NCBI GenBank assembly: GCA_023131895.1
Contig: JAGLYZ010000003.1
Coordinates: 1,394 to 65,393 of the forward strand
From: Candidatus Parcubacteria bacterium
GTDB lineage: Bacteria; Patescibacteriota; Minisyncoccia; Minisyncoccales; JAGMDC01
Direction of reading: 5' to 3'
DNA length: 64,000 nucleotides
Position numbers and translations under genes: made by a program. Below, piece after piece: positions 60,823 to 64,000 of this stretch (positions within the stretch are counted from its first letter, which is position 1; the number at the start of each line of letters is the position of its first letter). The notes below the pieces were generated by a model. The model ran no database searches. It saw nothing but the letters and a program-made list of their open reading frames with translations, and had not been told where the DNA came from.

Positions 60823-62817
60823 TTGCCAAATAGGATAAAATCTACTAAAGTTAATGGTAGAAAGTCTATGGCAAAAAGAGTATATCATCGAAAAATATTT
60901 GGAGAAAATAAAAAGATAAGACAGATTAAAAAATTGGCAAAATTTTTAGTCTTTTGTTTTGGCTTTTTGTTCTTTGTTCTTTGTTCTTTGTTCTTTTATT
61001 ATGCCAAAGATCTACCCAGGCCGGAAAACTTTATGGAAAAGGTCTTCATTGAATCAACAAAAATATACGATCGGACTGGCGAAGTTCTTTTATATAATAT
61101 CTATGGAGAAGAAAAAAGAACCATAGTCTCCATAGAAACAGTGCCAGAGCAATTGATACAAGCAATCATCACAGCAGAAGATAGATCTTTTTATAAACAC
61201 CATGGAATTGATTATAAAGGCGTTACAAGGGCTGTCCTGACAAATCTTAAATTAAAAAAGCCTGCGCAGGGCGGTTCTACTATTACACAGCAATTAATTA
61301 GATCTAGTTTTTTAACCCTAAGTAAAACAGCTGAAAGAAAAATAAGAGAGATTATTCTAACAATAGAGCTGGAAAGAAAATATACCAAAAATGAAATAAT
61401 GGAATGGTATTTAAACCAAGTGCCCTTCGGCTCCAACGCTTATGGAGTAGAAGCGGCAAGCCAGACATATTTCAAAAAACCAGTTCAAGACCTTTTTCTG
61501 GAAGAATCTGCTATACTGGCTTCGCTTATCTGCGGGCCAAGCAGGCTTTCTCCTTATGGGAAAAACAAAGACCGTCTACTGGGAAGAAAAGACTATGTCT
61601 TAGACGCAATGGCAGAGCAAGGATATATATCTAAAAAACAAGCAGAAGAAGCAAAGAGAAAAGAAATAATTTTTGCGTCTAAGGCTGTGGAAATAAAAGC
61701 GCCTCATTTCACTATCTATATTAAAAGCAAATTAGAAAAACAATACGGAAGCGAATTTTTAAAAGAAAACGGATTAAAGGTCTATACCTCTCTGGATTGG
61801 GATCTTCAGCAATTAGCAGAAAAATCAGTGGAGGAGAGAGTAAAAATTAATGAAAATTACCAAGCGCATAACGCGGCATTGGTTGCCTTAAATCCGAAAA
61901 ACGGCGAGGTTTTGGCAATGGTCGGTTCAAAAGATTATTTCGCTGGATCCTATCCAGAAGGATGTACTTCAGGAAAAGATTGTTTATTTGAACCAAAGGT
62001 AAACATTCCTATTTACGGCATTGGAAGGCAGCCAGGCTCTGCTTTTAAGCCGTTTGTTTATGTTACTGCTTTTCAAAACGGCTATGACGATGAAACTACG
62101 GTGATAGACGAAAAAACAAACTTTGGCCTTTGGGGAGATAAAGAATATGTTCCTCAAAACTATGATAATAAATTCAGGGGAGAAGTAACCTTAAGAGAAG
62201 CATTAGCTCAATCAATTAATGTGCCAGCAGTAAAAGTTTTAGTCAATTTTTGCGGCCCTACAGTACAGGAAAGCATTAAGAACAGCGTTGAGACAGCTCA
62301 AAAATTAGGGCTTACTACTTTAAGACCTCCTTATGGACCAGCCATTGTTTTGGGCGGCTGGGAAGTAAGATTACTGGAAATGACCTCTGCCTATGGCGTT
62401 TTTGCAACCGAGGGTTTAAAGGTGCCGCCAGTAACTATTTTAAAAATTGAAGACGCGCAAGGCAATATAATAAAAGAAAACAAAAAAAACCCTCAAAGGG
62501 TTTTAGGAATTCAAGAAACTCGCCTGCTCAACGATATTCTTTCAGATAATGAAGCAAGAGCGCCTCTTTTTGGATATAATTCATCTCTATATATTAAAGA
62601 TTTTGATACAGCTGCTAAGACAGGAACTACTCAGGAATATAAAGATGCTTGGACAATCGGCTACAGCCCCTCAATTGTATGCGGCGTTTGGGCAGGAAAC
62701 AATAATAATTCTCCAACAAGTAAAAAACCAGGTATTACCCTGTCTGCGCCTATTTGGAAAGCATTTATGTCAGAAGCTCTTAAAAAATTCCCCAAAGAAG
62801 AATTTATGTCGCCTTAA
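60823..62817 (+). CDS. class A penicillin-binding protein (glycosyltransferase + transpeptidase)
   Basis: 664 aa: GT51 motifs EDRSFYKHHGID, GGSTITQQL, RKIRE; TPase SAFKP, KTGT. The tracked start is TTG; the ATG at 60868 is an alternative. Confidence 0.85.
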   Translation: MPNRIKSTKVNGRKSMAKRVYHRKIFGENKKIRQIKKLAKFLVFCFGFLFFVLCSLFFYYAKDLPRPENFMEKVFIESTKIYDRTGEVLLYNIYGEEKRTIVSIETVPEQLIQAIITAEDRSFYKHHGIDYKGVTRAVLTNLKLKKPAQGGSTITQQLIRSSFLTLSKTAERKIREIILTIELERKYTKNEIMEWYLNQVPFGSNAYGVEAASQTYFKKPVQDLFLEESAILASLICGPSRLSPYGKNKDRLLGRKDYVLDAMAEQGYISKKQAEEAKRKEIIFASKAVEIKAPHFTIYIKSKLEKQYGSEFLKENGLKVYTSLDWDLQQLAEKSVEERVKINENYQAHNAALVALNPKNGEVLAMVGSKDYFAGSYPEGCTSGKDCLFEPKVNIPIYGIGRQPGSAFKPFVYVTAFQNGYDDETTVIDEKTNFGLWGDKEYVPQNYDNKFRGEVTLREALAQSINVPAVKVLVNFCGPTVQESIKNSVETAQKLGLTTLRPPYGPAIVLGGWEVRLLEMTSAYGVFATEGLKVPPVTILKIEDAQGNIIKENKKNPQRVLGIQETRLLNDILSDNEARAPLFGYNSSLYIKDFDTAAKTGTTQEYKDAWTIGYSPSIVCGVWAGNNNNSPTSKKPGITLSAPIWKAFMSEALKKFPKEEFMSP

Positions 62818-63973
62818 TCGGCATTATTACATAAAGATAACTTTCATCGCCTACTGGTTTTAAAACAGAAGGACCGTCTTCTTTATTTATATCAAAAACA
62901 ACTTCTGAGCTTTTTATATTAGCTAATCCTTCAATTAAGAATTTCCAATTAAAAGAAACTTTTATTTCCTTGCCTGTTATATTACATGGAAGAATCGATT
63001 TATTTTCACCAAGCTCTGTGCTTTGAGAAGAAATTTCTATCTGCTTCTTTTCAGGCACTGCCTTTAACTTAACCTCATTAACCTTGCCGCTAAAAAGAGA
63101 AGCTGTTTTTATTTTATTTAAAAATTCATTTTTATCTAAAATAGCCCGTGTTTCATATTTTTTAGGAATAATCTCCTGATAATCTGGATAGTCGCCTTCA
63201 ATCAAGCGGGAAATAAGTTGAATTTGCGGTTTAGTAATTTCTGGAAACAATATCTCAAACAGGACTTGATTAGAGGAGAAATAAATTCTAATCTTTTTAG
63301 AATCCATTTTTTTAACAGCATCACTGTCTTTTTCGGAAAAAACATTAAGAAGCTCTCTACTTGTTTTTAACGGAAGAATAAAAGAATATCCTTGCTCAGG
63401 AATTAAATCGCTGTCTATTTTATTTTTAAAATAAAGTGTTTTTTCAGCCAGTCTAAAACTATCAGTGCTTGTTATTTTTAATTGGTTTTTTTTAAAATTA
63501 AAATATATTCCAGATAATTCCGCTCTGGTTTGGCTAGGGCTTGTGAAGGCAATTACTTGAGAAATTCCTTCATAAAAAGGATTAATATTAATTTCTAAAA
63601 ATTTTTCATTATCAATTTTAGGAATAATTGGAAACTCTTCTGTTTTCTGTCCTTTAATTTGCGCTTTTTGATTTTTACACTCAATATGTAAAATATTATT
63701 TTTTACATCTAATATTATTTTCTCATTAGGAAGAAAATTAATAAAATTAGACAAAAACCTGGCTGGAATAGTTATTTTCCCTTGTTTCTCTACTTTAGCT
63801 AAAACCCAGTATTTTATTCCTACTTCAAGGTCAGTTGTAATAAGATTTAGAAGATTGCCTTCAGTTGAAATTAAAACATTATTTAAAATGGGAAGAGTAA
63901 GATTTTTACCAGTTATTTTTTCTACAATATCTAATCCTTTTTTTAAATTTTCTTTTAAAATTACTATTTTCAT
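62804..63973 (-). CDS. dnaN: DNA polymerase III beta sliding clamp
   Basis: 389 aa. N-terminus MKIVILKENLKKGLDIVEKITGKNLTLPILNNVLI and a three-domain length. Confidence 0.85.
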   Translation of the reverse strand: MKIVILKENLKKGLDIVEKITGKNLTLPILNNVLISTEGNLLNLITTDLEVGIKYWVLAKVEKQGKITIPARFLSNFINFLPNEKIILDVKNNILHIECKNQKAQIKGQKTEEFPIIPKIDNEKFLEININPFYEGISQVIAFTSPSQTRAELSGIYFNFKKNQLKITSTDSFRLAEKTLYFKNKIDSDLIPEQGYSFILPLKTSRELLNVFSEKDSDAVKKMDSKKIRIYFSSNQVLFEILFPEITKPQIQLISRLIEGDYPDYQEIIPKKYETRAILDKNEFLNKIKTASLFSGKVNEVKLKAVPEKKQIEISSQSTELGENKSILPCNITGKEIKVSFNWKFLIEGLANIKSSEVVFDINKEDGPSVLKPVGDESYLYVIMPIKAT

Positions 63974-64000
63974 ATTATTAATATTAGTTAATTAAATAAA

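Overview
This is a visibly AT-rich, gene-dense bacterial chromosome segment, mostly coded on the minus strand. TAA, TAG and TGA all end recognisable genes, so it uses the standard code. The repertoire looks like a small-genome Patescibacteria/CPR-type organism. Housekeeping genes: trpS (cut by the window edge), rny, hup, clpP, nusA, htrA, hisS, tyrS, ruvA/ruvB/ruvC, yebC, holA, rpsT, tsaE, a 5'-3' exonuclease, a class A PBP and dnaN, plus 8 tRNA genes. Type IV pilus and competence genes: two PilB-like ATPases, pilC, pilM/N/O, at least 6 prepilin-motif genes, 2 PilX-like genes, and dprA-comM-yraN. There are also two histidine kinases with three receiver-only regulators, and two O-antigen-ligase-like/TPR modules flanking a 2109-aa surface protein whose N-terminus is a cytoplasmic HTH. 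Most unusual is the 13.1-21.3 kb accessory region. It holds a compact tyrosine recombinase facing away from blocks of minus-strand ORFs, each followed by an attC-like folded palindrome (TAAC..stem..stem..GTTA). These are embedded in nested inverted and direct repeats built around a 41-bp palindromic core, including a perfect 97-bp inverted repeat. I read this as an integron-like or shufflon-like recombination platform that lacks a canonical IntI. Second: a complete His-specific T-box leader is followed by a tRNA-His gene and then, 7 nt later, hisS. A second CDS is directly punctuated by tRNAs. Other observations: a TAACAT-heptad hairpin element family inside pilus operons; a TTATCCACAGTTT (DnaA-box-like) motif upstream of three surface-protein genes; and seven near-identical 141-bp repeats with focused codon variation in the giant gene. 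No CRISPR array, rRNA or transposase was seen. All calls come from reading the sequence and ORF track by eye; no database search was possible.
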